Assembly: GCA_013265495.1 (NCBI GenBank)
Contig: MU059403.1
Span: forward strand, 1,068,960 to 1,132,959
Direction: 5' to 3'
Length of the DNA stretch: 64,000 bases
From: Vicugna vicugna
Taxonomy: Eukaryota
Shown: piece after piece, positions 49,401 through 62,907 of the stretch
How the letters are laid out: every line of letters starts with the position of its first letter
Position numbering within the stretch: the first letter of the stretch is position 1
The notes under the pieces: generated by a model
Told to the model about the DNA's origin: nothing
What the model saw: only the letters and a program-made list of their open reading frames with translations
Databases searched by the model: none
Program-made: the position numbers and the translations under genes

Positions 49401-52400
49401 CGCAACTGCAGGTGCTCCTCAGCCTCCACCGACCTCACCAGACTCCCTCTGCACACAGGACAAAGATTCCTGTGCTCCAGAGGGTTGCTATAAAAGCTTG
49501 CAGCTTTTCAGGTGAAATTCCAACAGTAGTGGAGAAGCTCAGGGAATGCAGACATCACAAAGCAGGTGGGAAGGCATCAGGTATTTCTGACGTAAAAGCT
49601 AAAAACCCAACACGGATTCCAACACTGACGACCCCTCCCGGGAATCCAGGAGCTCCGTGGAGAGCCTGACACACGTACAGGGCACCAAGACGGCTCTGGG
49701 CCCCTGGAGGACCCGCCCTCCGCAGGCAGTGTGGAGAGCCTTCCGGTCTCTGGGCTGTTTAGCGAAAAGCCTGGGGAAACCTCAAAGGCAGAGACTGCTT
49801 CCCATCCTCCACTTCCAGAAAGAGGAGGAGCAGGGAGCCAGTGGTGCCATGGACGCTGGTTCCTCGCCTGCCTCCCAGCAGCCTGTCCGGTGCTCTCACC
49901 GAGACCAATCAGTGCATCTTATCTGCTCCCAGCAGATACGGTGGCGCCAAGTCCGAGAGGGAGGCCTTTCTCCCTGGGCTGTAGTTAACTCTCAGACCCC
50001 TGAGAACTGACGACACACTGCATCCCCCTGGCCCCTGCCCCCACCTTCCCCTCACCCTCGTCTTAGACATTTCCAGACGCCACAGTCCCTCCAAGGGCAG
50101 TTGACCAGGAGAGGGGACAGCTTCTCCAGGTGGCCAGATCCACATGAGGCAGAAGCGTTTTCACTCTGGAGATGAATTTCTTGGGGTTTCTAAGTGGTCT
50201 CCTGAGATGCTTACACGTGCACGTTCCCTCCTCTGCTGCGGGGGTGCAAGGGAAAGCAAAGACGCCGCTGGTGCGAGATCTGACCCCGGACAGTCGCACC
50301 AACAGGACACTGGGGATTATCTCTGCTGTTCTCAGAAACCAGGGCCAGAAGGGCTTGCAATCTGAGCTTCCTCTGAGCAAAGATGCCAACAGGGCCCCGG
50401 GGTCCAGGGCTCTGGGAGAGGCTGGAGGGCAGGGACAGGAAAAGGGGAAGCTGGGGGTTGGGGTGGGGGTGGGGGGAGGAGCATGAGGACCCTCTCCTCC
50501 ACCTCCGCGCACCTCTCGCTGCTCAGGTCTTGAGATAAACACAAGACACCTCCCTTGGTTTTTAAGACCATCTTCGCCCCGTTCCCTGCATCTCAAGATG
50601 ACTGCTCACAAAGTGGGACTTTAACTGGGCACCCACGTCCACTCTTACACAGGGACACTTTAGGGTGTGTGAGTCTAAAGACCACGTCAAGAGGGGCACA
50701 ACCAGAAAGAAGTGTGGCCACAAGACGGTGTCGTGTCTGATGTCCTACCCCGAAGGGGCAAAGCCAGGAGCCTGTTTCCCTCCCACCCTCTGCACTCTCG
50801 TTCCTGCCCCCCCTCCCCCCTCCCCAGGCCGGCCACCTGCACCACGAGGTCAGAAATGGGATGCGGCGAATTGTGGTTTGCCCAGTGCACCTCGTGCCTA
50901 TCCCTTCCCGGAACCAAAGCTAACTGGACGGAGAGAAAACACTGCATTTTCATGGACCCTCTTTCTCATGGCTGCATTGTGGCCACATCTGGCCCCTCCC
51001 AACACCGCACTTGAAGACGTAAAGGAATTGGGGTGAAGATCTGATTTCCTTCCTTCTGAATTCTCAGTTTGACTAGCCACACTTCAGATTCTGCTGGTTT
51101 GTTCGGCACAACTGATTCTCTTGGCCTTCCTGTAGGACAAGAATATGTTGAGCTGTTGCGGGGGTCTGGAAGATGGTGGACCCCAGGATCCAAGCCCAGA
51201 GCCTTCACCGCAGAAGAGCCAGTGGCCAGCTCAGGCCCAAGAAGTTGGTAGCTGCCTTCAAGGGGCCTCTGAGGCTTTCTAACTGGCCTCCACCCCTTGT
51301 CCTAAAGAGTCTGGTTCTACAAGGGAAGAGACTGTGGGTTACACAAAAGGAACATCCCAAGCCTTCTCTGGGGCAGAAGCTCTCAGATCCAGGGACACAG
51401 AGCTATCCCTGAGGAGTATTCCAGCAGGCGAGGCTGGATCCCTGGGGTTCCCTCCGCCCAGCCGGTCAGGGTGGGGCAACCCTGCCGAGGTCCCCACTGG
51501 CGGCACTGACCACCTGGACTTCACACCTCCTCCCCCAAGCCATCGGCTGCCAGACTGTCAGTCCCACTAAACCTTGTGTCAACCCCACAGCCCTGAAGCA
51601 GGTCGTGTATCCAGTCTGGTGGAGCTTTGCCAAAGGCAGAGGCTCAGGCCCAAGATTCAGTCTGTAGGTTAGCACCACCCGCCCCTCCGGTAACCCAGTG
51701 GCTGTGCTTGACCGTCTCACCCACCCTGAACCTTGGCCCACCTCGGGCACTTTGGGCCAAGCCCCTGGCTTCAGTTCTGCTGCCCCAAAAGTTTTATTGC
51801 TGAATAAACAACTGAGCTCCCCTTTAAATAATGACTAAAAAAAATGCAAACAAAATTTGAACCCATGTCAAACACCGATGCACAAAAGAAGACAGAGCAG
51901 CCAGGCTCTGGCTGGACGTGGGCACGCGTGTGGGCGCGGACAGCCATCAAAGGAAAACCACCCTGCCAGCAACTTCCCTGCTCAAGAGCCCCCAGCCTGG
52001 CTTCCCCGCCCCCAGAAGCCCAGAGAGAACCTGGACCACAGAACTTTGCCTTAGGAAGACCCCAGAATCTCAGGCAGCACCTCTGAGCGCTACCCTGCAG
52101 GTGTCAGTGTGCCTGGGCCCTGTGGCTCTTGGAGCAGATTCTGAGTCGGTGGGTGGGGACACCTGAGACTGCAACTCTGTCCAGCTCCCGCGAGGCTGGC
52201 ACTGAGGCCGCAGAGCCCAGACTGTGGGTGGGCTCGGGGGTCCCCCCGTCGCGGAAGGTGGAGGACCTCACCTTTCTGTATTTCCAGGCACAAGTGCCCC
52301 GGGAGGACCAGGACCGGCTGTGCTAAGAAAACACTGTCACAGAGAAGCCCCCACGCATCTCCAGCCTTGAGCCGGAGTGACACCAGGCACGAACTCTGCG

Positions 52401-52599
52401 AACTTTCAGGTTCATTGTCCAAAATGTTGAATTCTTTTAAAATGACATCAAGATTTTTATTTATGATTAATTTTTTTTTACAACTTTAAAGCAACACTCA
52501 GGTACATGCTCAGAAGGGATTCTCTCCCTTGGAAAAGTGTTAACAAAATGCTTCAGGTCATTGCGGTCAGCCTAGGAAGGCAGGCGTGGAAGGTGGGCT

Positions 52600-52700
52600 G
52601 TGTGGGGTGGCCCTAAGTGACCGCAATTCTGTGCTCCAGTCGTCTCACCTGTAAAGCACAGACAGTCCGGGGGCTTCTTCAGAGCGTGGAGGGGAGTCCA
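52600..52700 (+). mobile_element. MIR fragment
   Basis: ctgtgctccagtcgtctcacctgtaaagc (sense MIR core). Confidence 0.5.
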
Positions 52701-52939
52701 GGAGGAAGCACAGGCTGCACTGTGCATTGGGCACAGACAAGCAGGAAGCCCCACCCAGCACGGGTGCTAAGTTGCTGTCACTCCCCCTCCACCCGCGCCC
52801 AGGAGAGGGGACTGGCACACGCGCTGGAATTGTGAGCACAGGAGCCAGGCTCTGCTCAACTCAGTAATGGTCGAAGATTCCAGGTTTGAAATAGACAAGA
52901 AGCAGTGGAGCTTGGGTGACAGGTACGTTTTATACGGAA

Positions 52940-53401
52940 NNNNNNNNNNNNNNNNNNNNNNNNNNNNNNNNNNNNNNNNNNNNNNNNNNNNNNNNNNNNN
53001 NNNNNNNNNNNNNNNNNNNNNNNNNNNNNNNNNNNNNNNNNNNNNNNNNNNNNNNNNNNNNNNNNNNNNNNNNNNNNNNNNNNNNNNNNNNNNNNNNNNN
53101 NNNNNNNNNNNNNNNNNTTTGAANNNNNNNNNNNNNNNNNNNNNNNNNNNNNNNNNNNNNNNNNNNNNNNNNNNNNNNNNNNNNNNNNNNNNNNNNNNNN
53201 NNNNNNNNNNNNNNNNNNNNNNNNNNNNNNNNNNNNNNNNNNNNNNNNNNNNNNNNNNNNNNNNNNNNNNNNNNNNNNNNNNNNNNNNNNNNNNNNNNNN
53301 NNNNNNNNNNNNNNNNNNNNNNNNNNNNNNNNNNNNNNNNNNNNNNNNNNNNNNNNNNNNNNNNNNNNNNNNNNNNNNNNNNNNNNNNNNNNNNNNNNNN
53401 N
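52940..53401. other. Assembly gap (N run with a 6-bp island TTTGAA at 53118-53123)
   Basis: N characters. Confidence 1.
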
Positions 53402-53722
53402 TTATTTACAAAACAGATAGACTCACAGACATAGAGAACAAACTTATGGTTGCTAGAGGGAAAGGCAGTGGGAAGGGACAAATTGGGAGTTTGGGATTTC
53501 CAGATACCAACTACTACATATAAAATAGATAAACAACACGGTCCTACTGTAGAGCACAGGGAGCGATGTTCAACACCTTGTAATGGCCTGTGATGAAAAG
53601 GAATATATACGTATGTGTAGCTGAATCACCATGCTGTGCACTAGAAGTTAACACAGCATTGTAAACTGACCGTACTTAAATTAAATAAATTAATTAAATT
53701 TAATAAAAAAAAAAGAAAAGAA
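53402..53722 (+). mobile_element. LINE-1 3' end with poly(A) tail, artiodactyl/camelid type
   Basis: acagatagactcacagacatagagaacaaacttatggttgc...ataaacaacacggtcctactgtagagcacaggg...gcattgtaaactgac...AATAAA and A tail. Confidence 0.92.
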
Positions 53723-54629
53723 AACGCTGATCCGAACACCCAGCGCCCAGGACCCGCCTCCCCCGTGGGCTGCCGGGGCACCAGGGACACGGGGCTTCAT
53801 GCTACAGGCTGGAAAAGCCAGGCCTGCCTTGAAAGGTCCGAATTCCATGAATCACTGAGGGTGAAAAGGGTACTTCCAAAGCAGGCTACAGCCTCGCCTG
53901 GAGCTGGCCTTGGTTTTGTAGGGCCACACGCCTCATTCTTTAAGCGCCACGGAGACAGGAAGGTGAAATTCAGACCAGGAAGGCCGTCAGCCCTCCATCT
54001 GCTGAGTAGTCTCGGGACGAACAGTGCTCTCGGAAAGAGAAGCGGCCTTACTGGAAGGTCATGCATCTTCTAGAAATAGCCCTGAAGACGCACAGCCCCT
54101 CGGATTAACCCTCCTGAGCCATCCACATCTCACCAGGCCCACGGACACCTCGCCTGGGTGACCTGGCCACTCCGCTGTCCCCAAGTCTCCCGTAAGAAGG
54201 CTTCTGTGTTTCTGAGCACAAGGGATCAGTCAAGTTAATCGAGTACTGATTGAGTCGAATGTCTCACTGTTATTATTACCACCGCTACTGTTTTCATTAA
54301 CCGAACTCACATTATTTTAATTGATGAAATCTTCAAATTATTTGGCGTGGGTTGACACATCTGTGTAGACTGGAAAAGTGGAATGCAGGAGAGCCCTTTG
54401 CCCACGCAGGGACGGGACTCGGCAGAGACGGGGGGCGTCGGCCGGCCCAAGGCCCCAGGGTGGGACGCAGCACGGCCTGGGGAGACCTGGGTGTCCGTGT
54501 CACTCCATGGTCACCCAAAGACAGGCATGGACAGATCCCAGGCAGCCCAGTCCATCCCAGAGAGACTCCCAGGCCCTGACACGACACGGGCTCAGAACCG
54601 CCTCAGGCAGGTGTGAGCCGTCCTGGGGA

Positions 54630-54900
54630 TTCCCTAGATTATCCACTCATCGGCCCCTCTGTGTGGAGTGCGGTGATGAGCAACACACGGCCTTTCCCTG
54701 GAGAGATCCATCATTAGAGGAGACAGGCAGGTTAATTACTAACTACTACGCTAGGTGGGGTGAAATAAACGCTTTAATAAACGTACCGGCAGCGCGTTAC
54801 GGCGCTGCTGGGAGGCAGTGATCACCTGACCAGAGACGTCGGGGTGAGCTGGCGTTCAGGCGGGCCTCAAAGGGTGTCGTGGGCGGAGGGGAGCCGGAGG
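54630..54900 (-). mobile_element. L2 fragment
   Basis: ccactcatcggcccctctgtgtggagtgcggtgatgagcaacacacggcctttccctggagagatcc...gaggagacaggcagg pattern of antisense L2. Confidence 0.55.
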
Positions 54901-57019
54901 CCTGTGACCCAGATCCTGAGCCGGGCCTTCCTCCTCGCCTGGGTCACAGGACAGTCCTCGACGGCGCTCAGGTATTGGAATGACACTCAGAGCTGTGTCT
55001 CTCCGGTCCCCTGGTCTCCCGTGTACCCACCAGCAGGTGAGGTTCGTGCCTGGCTTTCCGTGCTCCTTTAAACAAATGCAAGCCTTCTTACCCTTCCCTT
55101 TAAACACATCCTGTCGTCCGCTGTCTGCTTGGTTAGCATCACAGTCCAAAGACCCTTCCACACCGGGGACAGAGAGCTCCCTCTGGGTGGGAGGGAGCCG
55201 AGAGAGGACCCCAGAGGAGGGGCGGTCTGCCACTCGACTGCCGCGGGGCTCAAGTTCAAGACGGAGACAAAGCCTTGGGTCAGGCGGCGTGGAGGAGACT
55301 CCACGGGACCATGCAGGGGGTTTCTGACATCAGACAGGGACGACCCCTTCAGGACCTTGCTGACAGGCGAGGCAGAGAAATGGGGCCACGAGGAGTTTGG
55401 GGGGCCTTTTCCTGAGAGGATTAAAATGTCAGCACACTGTTGTTTGAGTCGGAAAGACCAGGAGACTCTTGGTGGGGGGTGGGGACGGGGCAGGCAGGGG
55501 AGGGTGGGATCTCTGCTCCTGGCTCAGGGTGGCAGGGGCTGGGACTGGTGCTCGCGGAGCCTGGCCGGCCCATTCGACCCTGGAAGTTTGATCCACAGTG
55601 ATTTCCAAATGGAAGTAGGGATGGGGCTCCCGCCAGGGCAGCTGGGTGGTTTGTTCAGAACAGAGACGTTCACAGCGCAGGCAGGCACGTGCATTCTGAG
55701 ACGTCCTCTGGACGTGTAGTGGCCACCCCCGCCTCCCCAGCCTGGCCCTGCCCCAGGGGACCTGACACACGGGATGCAGCGACATGGCCCAGGAGAAGCT
55801 GGGCCTCTGGGGACCCCAGGGATGGGGAGCATGTGACTGGTGCCGCTCCGGGCACACACAGCACAGGCACGGCGTGGGGCTGAGGGCCGTGGAGACGGGG
55901 GAGAAGCCACGTCCCCCTCGTTGCATGCGTGGCTCTGCCAACCCATGCATCACAATTTTATGGATTATTTTCACTTTAATGTGCAATTTATCTCCCCTGT
56001 TTCTTAGTCGGCAGGAACATTTCACTGTCACTCCCACAGCCCCTCTCCAGGACCAGCTGCTTTGGGAACAGAAATCACAGCAGGGCTCGGCTCAGGAAAT
56101 GAAGCTCTTCACGTCGGAGACTGCCCGGCCCTCCGCTCCCGGTGCAGGCAGGGCCGTCCTCGCACCGGGGGTCCCTGAGGAGACCCTGAGAGGTCCAAAC
56201 ACCCCGTTCTGGTCTCTGTTCTACCCCAGCGCACTCCGACCCCACCCCACACAAAGGAAGCCGTGGGAGACTGCGCCCCCTGACCTGACCATCTCCCCTG
56301 GAGCCTCAGGGGACGTCCGCGTGCCCCTCCCGGGGCCTTATCTGTCCCATCTCACGCCCTACACCCTCCTGAGGAAAGTTCGCCCAGAATTGCACTTAAG
56401 GGACTGGAAAGGGAAGTGAAGAGATGGAGACTCAGGTGGGGAGGGGGCTGAGACCCGGTTGTGATTGCCTGCTGGTCCTGGGAGGAGAGGACCCCAGAAC
56501 CACGCCGGCCAGACACCAACCTAAGCCCTTGGCGAATGAAGGGGCAGAGCAGGGAGGAGAGGATTTTATGGAAAAGATTCAACGTGGGCTGGGGTGAGGG
56601 TGGAGGTGACAGAGCAGACCTGCACCGGCACACAGGGGGCGCTCAGTGGCACCTGCGAGCGGTGAGCGGGTGGTCGAGGCAGGACCCCCGCCGTGCAGAC
56701 CCTGACCCTTAGGACCCCCCGCGTAGGAGCCAGTCACCCCCGTGTGCAGGGCAGCTGGAGGATTTCTTAGACCCATCACACACCGCCAGAGAGCACGGTG
56801 CTGTCTCCACGGGCCTGCCGTCAGCCGTCCGGTGCCAGGGTCAAAGTGGGGAACACCGTGAAAGCATGGAGACTCTGGGCTCCACCTCCGGCTTCCCAAC
56901 CCTCCAGCCAGAGCCCGTGGGACTTGTGCCCTGAGTGCAGCCTGTACCACCCTCCTCCAGCTCGGCGGAGTGGAGAAACCAAGGAGCCGGTGTGGGGGGC
57001 GGGGGGGCTCTGTCACTCA

Positions 57020-57255
57020 GTTGATATGATAATCACGATAATCGCGAACGCACAGCAGACTGCTGTGTTTCCAAGCGCTCTCATGTATTAACTCACTCAA
57101 TCCTCACAATGGCCTGACATTAATCACATCTTGCAGTAGAGGAGACTGGACAGTCAAGGGGTCCTCCAGGGTCCTGGTGGGTGTCCTGGGCGCTAGGAGT
57201 AAGACACAGGCAGCGTGCTCCGCGGGGCTTGCTCTTAATCCCGTGCTTACTGCCT
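57020..57255 (-). mobile_element. Near full-length MIR
   Basis: ataatcgcgaacgcacagcagactgctgtgtttccaagcgctctcatgtattaactcactcaatcctcacaa...gaggagactgg...gctcttaatccc. Confidence 0.75.
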
Positions 57256-57295
57256 CTCTTGACCCAGAGCACCAGGTTATAGCTGTCCACTCGTG

Positions 57296-57455
57296 TCCAT
57301 CTGCCCGTCCATCCACTCAACCATCCAGCTACCCACCCATCCAACCACCTGTCCACCTGGTCACCTGTCCATCCAGCCATCCATTCACTCATCTATACAT
57401 CCATCCATCCAGCCATCCATCCGTTCATCCATCCATCCTTCTCTCCATCCATTCA
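57296..57455. repeat. Degenerate (TCCA)n repeat grading into an antisense L2 tail
   Basis: catccatccatccagccatccatccgttcatccatccatcc followed by attcaatgtctgtctattactaac. Confidence 0.9.
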
Positions 57456-58167
57456 ATGTCTGTCTATTACTAACAAGTCTTGTGGGTTACTGGCTTGGCA
57501 GCAGTCCAGACAGGGTGGCCAAGGGAAGGAGAAGGGGTGACATGCATCGCTGTTTGTATTACCATAGGTAGCAGTCTGCCCACATGGAGAAAACATGAAA
57601 CAGAGGCTGGCGTCTGGCTGGCATCTTCCTGCTGCCCAGGAGAAAAGCTCCCGGAGGAGTCTCCACGGGTGACTTCCCTGTGGGCCCCTCGGGGCCCGTC
57701 CTAACCCTCATTCTACCTGTGGTCCCCACACTTCTCACCAACTTTCACTCCCCCAGGAAAGCCTTTCTTCTCATTCCCCAAACTCCACCTGAGCTCTGGA
57801 AAACACTGTGATTTTGCCAAAGGCATGAACTGGATTTATGGAAGAAAACTAATTAGGTTTTTGTGATAAATTACTGGGACCAGAGTGACATGAGGGGCTG
57901 ATTACCTTGACTGATGAGATTATAACCAAACACGCCTGGTCTTCCACAATCTTGGCATCACATTTTCTGACGAGTGAAACTCGCACTCCTGGGACAGGCT
58001 CTTTTGTAAACAGAAGGATGAACTATGAGCTATTTCTCAATCTTGTTGCCACCAGCGTAAATTCAAATGTCAGCACAGAAGCCACTGCCAGGAGACAGCG
58101 TGAGTGCCAGTTCATAATGGAGCCTCTGTGTTTCCATCTGGTGCAGAAGGGTGGGAAGCAGCTTCCA

Positions 58168-58320
58168 TCAACAGACGAAGTGCACGGTCGTCGGGGTTTC
58201 CACTTGAGCCACTGAACGCGATCCTAACCCTGCGTCTGCCAAGTCACGCTCACGTTCACTTCTCTGCACTGGACTTGCTCTACCTTGAGCTTTTGTACAG
58301 TTGCTACTCCCAGGACACAG
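58168..58320 (-). CDS. Candidate third coding exon of an unknown 250-aa ORF
   Basis: Strong acceptor tttttatttctttcattctaatttttgaccttcag|CTG at 58320; phase 0; open to TGA at 58168. Confidence 0.3.
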   Translation of the reverse strand: MCPGSSNCTKAQGRASPVQRSERERDLADAGLGSRSVAQVETPTTVHFVC

Positions 58321-59600
58321 CTGAAGGTCAAAAATTAGAATGAAAGAAATAAAAAGTAATCTTTCTTTTCCTTCTGATTTTAACACAAGGTCGCTATTCA
58401 CAGCACCACCTTGTGTACCATGTGTCATCGCAAGGTCCCCATCATCCTCGGAGTGAACGCTTGGTCAGAGTGATGCTTCCTGAGCAGCAACAGCTCGTGT
58501 CTCCTAGGTGCTCACTGACACCCACCACCTCCGCCTCTCTTCCAGCGCACGGGCGGCTGGCCTTCCTGACCCCTCAGGGAGGGCATGGCCACAAGACAGG
58601 GCGTGGGCCGGGGCACGAGCACAACATCCCTGCCAGCGCTGAACCACCTGCGTGAGACCCTGGCACCCAAATCCCTTCCCTCTGGCCACTGGCTTTGCCG
58701 GCCGGGACCCAGCACAAGGACACCGCAAACCCAGAGGGGGCGCCCAGCAGGCATGTCGGAAGAGCAGAAACTGAGATATGGGGTCTCTCCTAATAAAAAT
58801 GCCTACTGTGCGCCAGACTCTGCTGTGAAATCTCTAGCTGCAGCCCCTCATTCTGTGCTCAGAGCAGCCCCTGGGGGTGGACTCCACTCATCCTAGGTGA
58901 CAGGAGTGGAAACTGAGGCACAGAGTAGAAAGCAGCACGAAACGGACCCGAGGTTGACGGCACCCTCACACCCCAGTGCTTTCCTAAATAAAGTCATTTT
59001 ATAAAACCCAGATTCCCTGCTTATAGCCTTAAATATTCAGTTTTATGTGCACGATTGTGGACGACAACAGCAAGGTGATCACCTGCTTCTGGAGAGAGAC
59101 AGACTTAAGGCGGAAAGAAGGCTGCAGACCACGCCCCTGGCCAGTCGGGAGCAGGGAGCCACACTGGCAGCAGGGCGTCAGGGAGGGCACTCGGCGCCAT
59201 CAACCCCATCGACCAGTATCTGCGGGAGGTGCTGAGCCCAGAGACGCCTTCCCCCCCATCCCCCGTGAGCTTGGTGCAGGGTTCAAAGCCAGCGGTTTCT
59301 ACAAGGAGCCACAAAGGAAGAGCATGCAGGCTGGCCTCACCCACCCCAGCCCACCAGAGGGCCTCTGCTCCTGGACTTACACCCTGGATCTCCATTTTCA
59401 ACCTTGTCTGAAGAAACAATTCCACAGCTTTAGAAAAGGTGGAAACCTGCTGGTGTAACTAAGCTGGCGCCCAGGGGGCCCACGGAGCAAGTCTGTGTGC
59501 CACCTTTGAACTCCAAGTTGTGTGGCCTTGAGGAAGTTCTCTTCCCGATGGCTTCAGTGTCTCAGGTACAAAATGAAAATATTAGGGTAACAGTGCTCAC

Positions 59601-60011
59601 CTGGCCAGGTGGTGGAACAGTGCCAGCCCCATGCGGTCTGTGAGGCTCGGGCTGGATGCCGAGGTGTCCACAGGGCAGGCGCCAGACAGGGCGGGAACGA
59701 CTGCCTTCTTGGAAGAGGCAGCATCTGGACTCAATTTGAAGGATGGGTAGGAGCCCGCCAGCCTCGCCACTCTGTGGAAAGGATGCATCGTGAGAGGGGA
59801 CGCTGGTACTGCGTTGACTCGGGAAGAACTTGCCTGCTGAGGCCCCGGCATTTTTCTTACTCAGCTCCAGGCAGGGAGTAAAGACAAGAGTATTTCTGGC
59901 AAAACGGATTCCTGATATGATCTGCTGTGAGTGCTGGCAGAGCTCCCGGGTGGCTCTACGCTCTGTCCTGTGGATTTCTAAGTCTGTGCCAGTGACATCA
60001 AATGTAGGCAT
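59601..60011 (-). CDS. Candidate second coding exon (411 nt, phase 0/0) of an unknown 250-aa ORF
   Basis: Moderate acceptor atttctttgaag|ATG; consensus donor CAG|GTGAGC at 59601/59600; 137 open codons. Confidence 0.3.
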
Positions 60012-62718
60012 CTTCAAAGAAATTCACTAGCCTAAGATGTCTGAATTAATCATAAAATCAGTCTCTTGGAGAAAAACCTCATACTCCAGGCTCTGCTCTC
60101 CAGGCTCCAAACTGCACAGTAGCACCCGGGGCTGGAAACGAGGTTTAGAAATAACCTTGACCTCAATGAAGAGAGAATTTGTGAAGATGGAACCAACTTG
60201 AGTGGGACTTTTCCCTGGGCCTTTTTGCTGTAGGACGAGCGTCCTATCAGGGACAAGGCTCGCTGGGGGAAGCGTGATTTCAGGAGGAAGGCGAGCTCAG
60301 GGGGTGCGGGGCTTCCTGACCCCCTGACCTCAGTCTGGCCGCCGCCTTGGCCTGGAGGGGCTGCCCTGGACCAGGCTCGGTTCCAGCTCAGCACAGGCGG
60401 GAACCTCCGGTGCCACGAGCATCCTGAGACGCCACGCTAGGCTTCCGACGTCCCTGTGAGTTTCCTCCAGTCAGAGGCCCGGGGTGCCAGGGCCATAAGG
60501 AAAAGGAAGGCACTTCTGAGTCCTGCCAGCTAGCAAGGGGCCAGTGAGAAAGGGGACGGGGCCCTCAGTGGGGGACGAGACTGGAATCCGCGTCTGACAC
60601 GGCCTCAGTCAGCTCCTTCGCTGCTCCTGCCCGGGCCCCCGCAAGCCCCACTAGTGAGGCCCAGGAGCGGCTGGTCTGCGCTGCACTGAGCTGAGTCTAC
60701 AGGTCATCCACAGGTCCCTGGTTTAACTCAGTGACCTGGGTCCATCAACCTGATGCCCACAACCGTGGATTTTAGCTCATTTTAAGTACACCCCCACCAG
60801 GGACCCAGCTGCGTGTGTGGACCCACGCGAACACCCCACGAGCTTCCCTGCACAGGCGGGTGCTGGGGTGGCGGGTGGCGCTGCCGGTTAGCTGGGCTCT
60901 CGTTCTCGGCAGGCGGACTAACCGGCTTACACCGCGAGCTGCTGCGCCGCCCAGGACCTCGGTCCTCACCTGTGGACCGGAAGGGGCAGCACACCCCACA
61001 GCGTCGTGCTGTGGGGCCCGGCAGGCGTCACACCTGCTGACCAAGTGACCAGCATGTGGCCCGCTGGCCCTTCTGGTGACTTTACCCGGCTGGCCCGTAA
61101 GGCTGCAAGGCTGCGAGGTCTCCAGACGCCCCTCCTGCCGCCAGGGTCCCCGCCTGGAGACTGGGCTGTGCTCGGGGACAGCGTGGGAGGGAAGGGAGGA
61201 CTTCCCTGGGGCAGATCTGATGGGGCTGGTCGGTCCCCCCAGGGCACGTGGCCTCCTTCCTGACCACACCATGCTTCTGAGCCGGGCATGAACCCTCAGT
61301 CCAATCAAAGGGCGGGACGTATCATTCACGCAGACAGGACCACGGAGAGCCTGGTCGCCTCGCAGAGCTCCCTGGACTGTTCTCCGAAGTGGTCACCGAT
61401 GGCTGTTTCAGAAGGCCTCTCAAATCTCAACCATCCATTCGTGGGCAGGGTGAAGGTTAAATGGAGCAGCCCCGTGTGTGACATAAGCCCAGGATGCTGG
61501 CTTCACCATGGGGGCTCCACCCCAGGCCTCCCCCAGGACTCTCGCCTTCCGTGGCCGGTCATCTCCTCTCTAGTTTATTAAAATGATCTAAAAATGCACA
61601 TATTATTTTTCCAGACTCCTCTCCCTTCTTCTGCAGGTTATGACTCTATAATTAATACTTGGATGTGCTTGAAACGCTCCTGAGGGAGACTCTGCTGCTC
61701 TCATTTTCTGTCAAACAGTCTCATTCTGCGGGTGATAACATCTCGCACGACCCCATCTCCCTCTCTGACCAGCAGAAGAACAGGATGATCTGCCAAGGTT
61801 TGAGGTAGCTTTGTACGGGGACCAAGTTTTCGCTGAATAAACAGAGCAGACGACCAAATGTAGGCTAGGGAAGTACAGAATGCGGCTCATTTTTAACAGA
61901 TGGGTTGTAACATGAGAAATACCTCTGGCGGGGCTTCCACGCGCAGCATTATGACTAAATGCGCACGGGGCGTGTTTTCCTCCATTTCAGTGGAATATTT
62001 TGCCCTGAAACAGTCTCCATTTTTTCACCTGATGACCACACACGGGTCAATGTTCTGTCCCCAGGCTCAGGGGACATGCCCAGTGACCAAGGAGGAGGGG
62101 GAGTCCAAGGGGGAGGCCCAGCTGAGCCATGAACGTGGTGGAGGAGGCAAGAGAGAGACGGTGAGCACCTAAGACAGGGAGGCAGGGCTCCAGCCACCTC
62201 CCCGGTTGTGACAGGGATGCGGTGCCCTCCCTGGGAGGCCTCTCCAGCCCGCCAGCCCCACCCACACTCGCTATGCTCAGCCCCCTTCCTTGCCCTCCCT
62301 CCTCCTCCCACAAAGCCCCGGAAAGTCCTGCCAGGGCAGCACCTTCCAGTGGGAGGTCCCCAGAGTGGACAAGGGCACTCACACCTGGAGCTGGTGACCT
62401 TTCTTTCATCCTGTTCCCCGAAAACACAAGACCTTCCCAGAGGACCTGGAGCGTCCTGCAGTCAGGACAGGAGGGGGACGCCAGTCACGGGGTGAGAGGG
62501 GAGTTTCCAAGGCTAGACAGCCAGGAGGGCCCGGGGCCCTGCATCTGTCACCTGCCCTACACAGAGGCCTCCTTTCCGCCAAGCTCTGCACCCAGCCCCC
62601 CACTTTCCCAGCCCCGCTCAACTGCTTTTGAGACCCAATCCAAGCCCCCGGGGTGACTCTCAAAGGCTCTCAAGCATCCGCTTCCAAGCCTTCTGCCCTC
62701 CAGCCCTGTGATGCTCAC

Positions 62719-62907
62719 CGCACCCACTGTCCCGGGAGTCTGCCCGCGCTGCTTCTGGGCCAGCGCGCAGTCCCACTCGTGGGACAAGCCGGTGCTCCGC
62801 TCCAGTTCCTCAAATCCCAGCCGCACAAGCTCAGAGACCACCCCCACCTCAAGGCTCTGAACAACGCAGACCAAGTGACTTCTGCCTCCTCGTGGTTCTG
62901 GTACCAT
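62719..62907 (-). CDS. Candidate first coding exon (63 codons) of an unknown 250-aa ORF
   Basis: ATG at 62907 (cagATGG), donor GCG|GTGAGC at 62719/62718, phase 0; upstream acceptor at 62927; lies just below the CpG island. Confidence 0.3.

Noticed and set aside
47420-52330. Several isolated consensus donors on minus (~47430, ~47687, ~48500, ~52272)
   Set aside because: Could not be chained into a consistent reading frame or paired with unambiguous acceptors; compatible with background frequency
52867-53523. 218-aa ORF spanning Ns
   Set aside because: Artefact of the assembly gap plus L1 3' UTR
61801-61822. TGAGGTAG seed resembling let-7
   Set aside because: Only the first 8 nt match; the remainder does not match let-7 and no hairpin partner is evident
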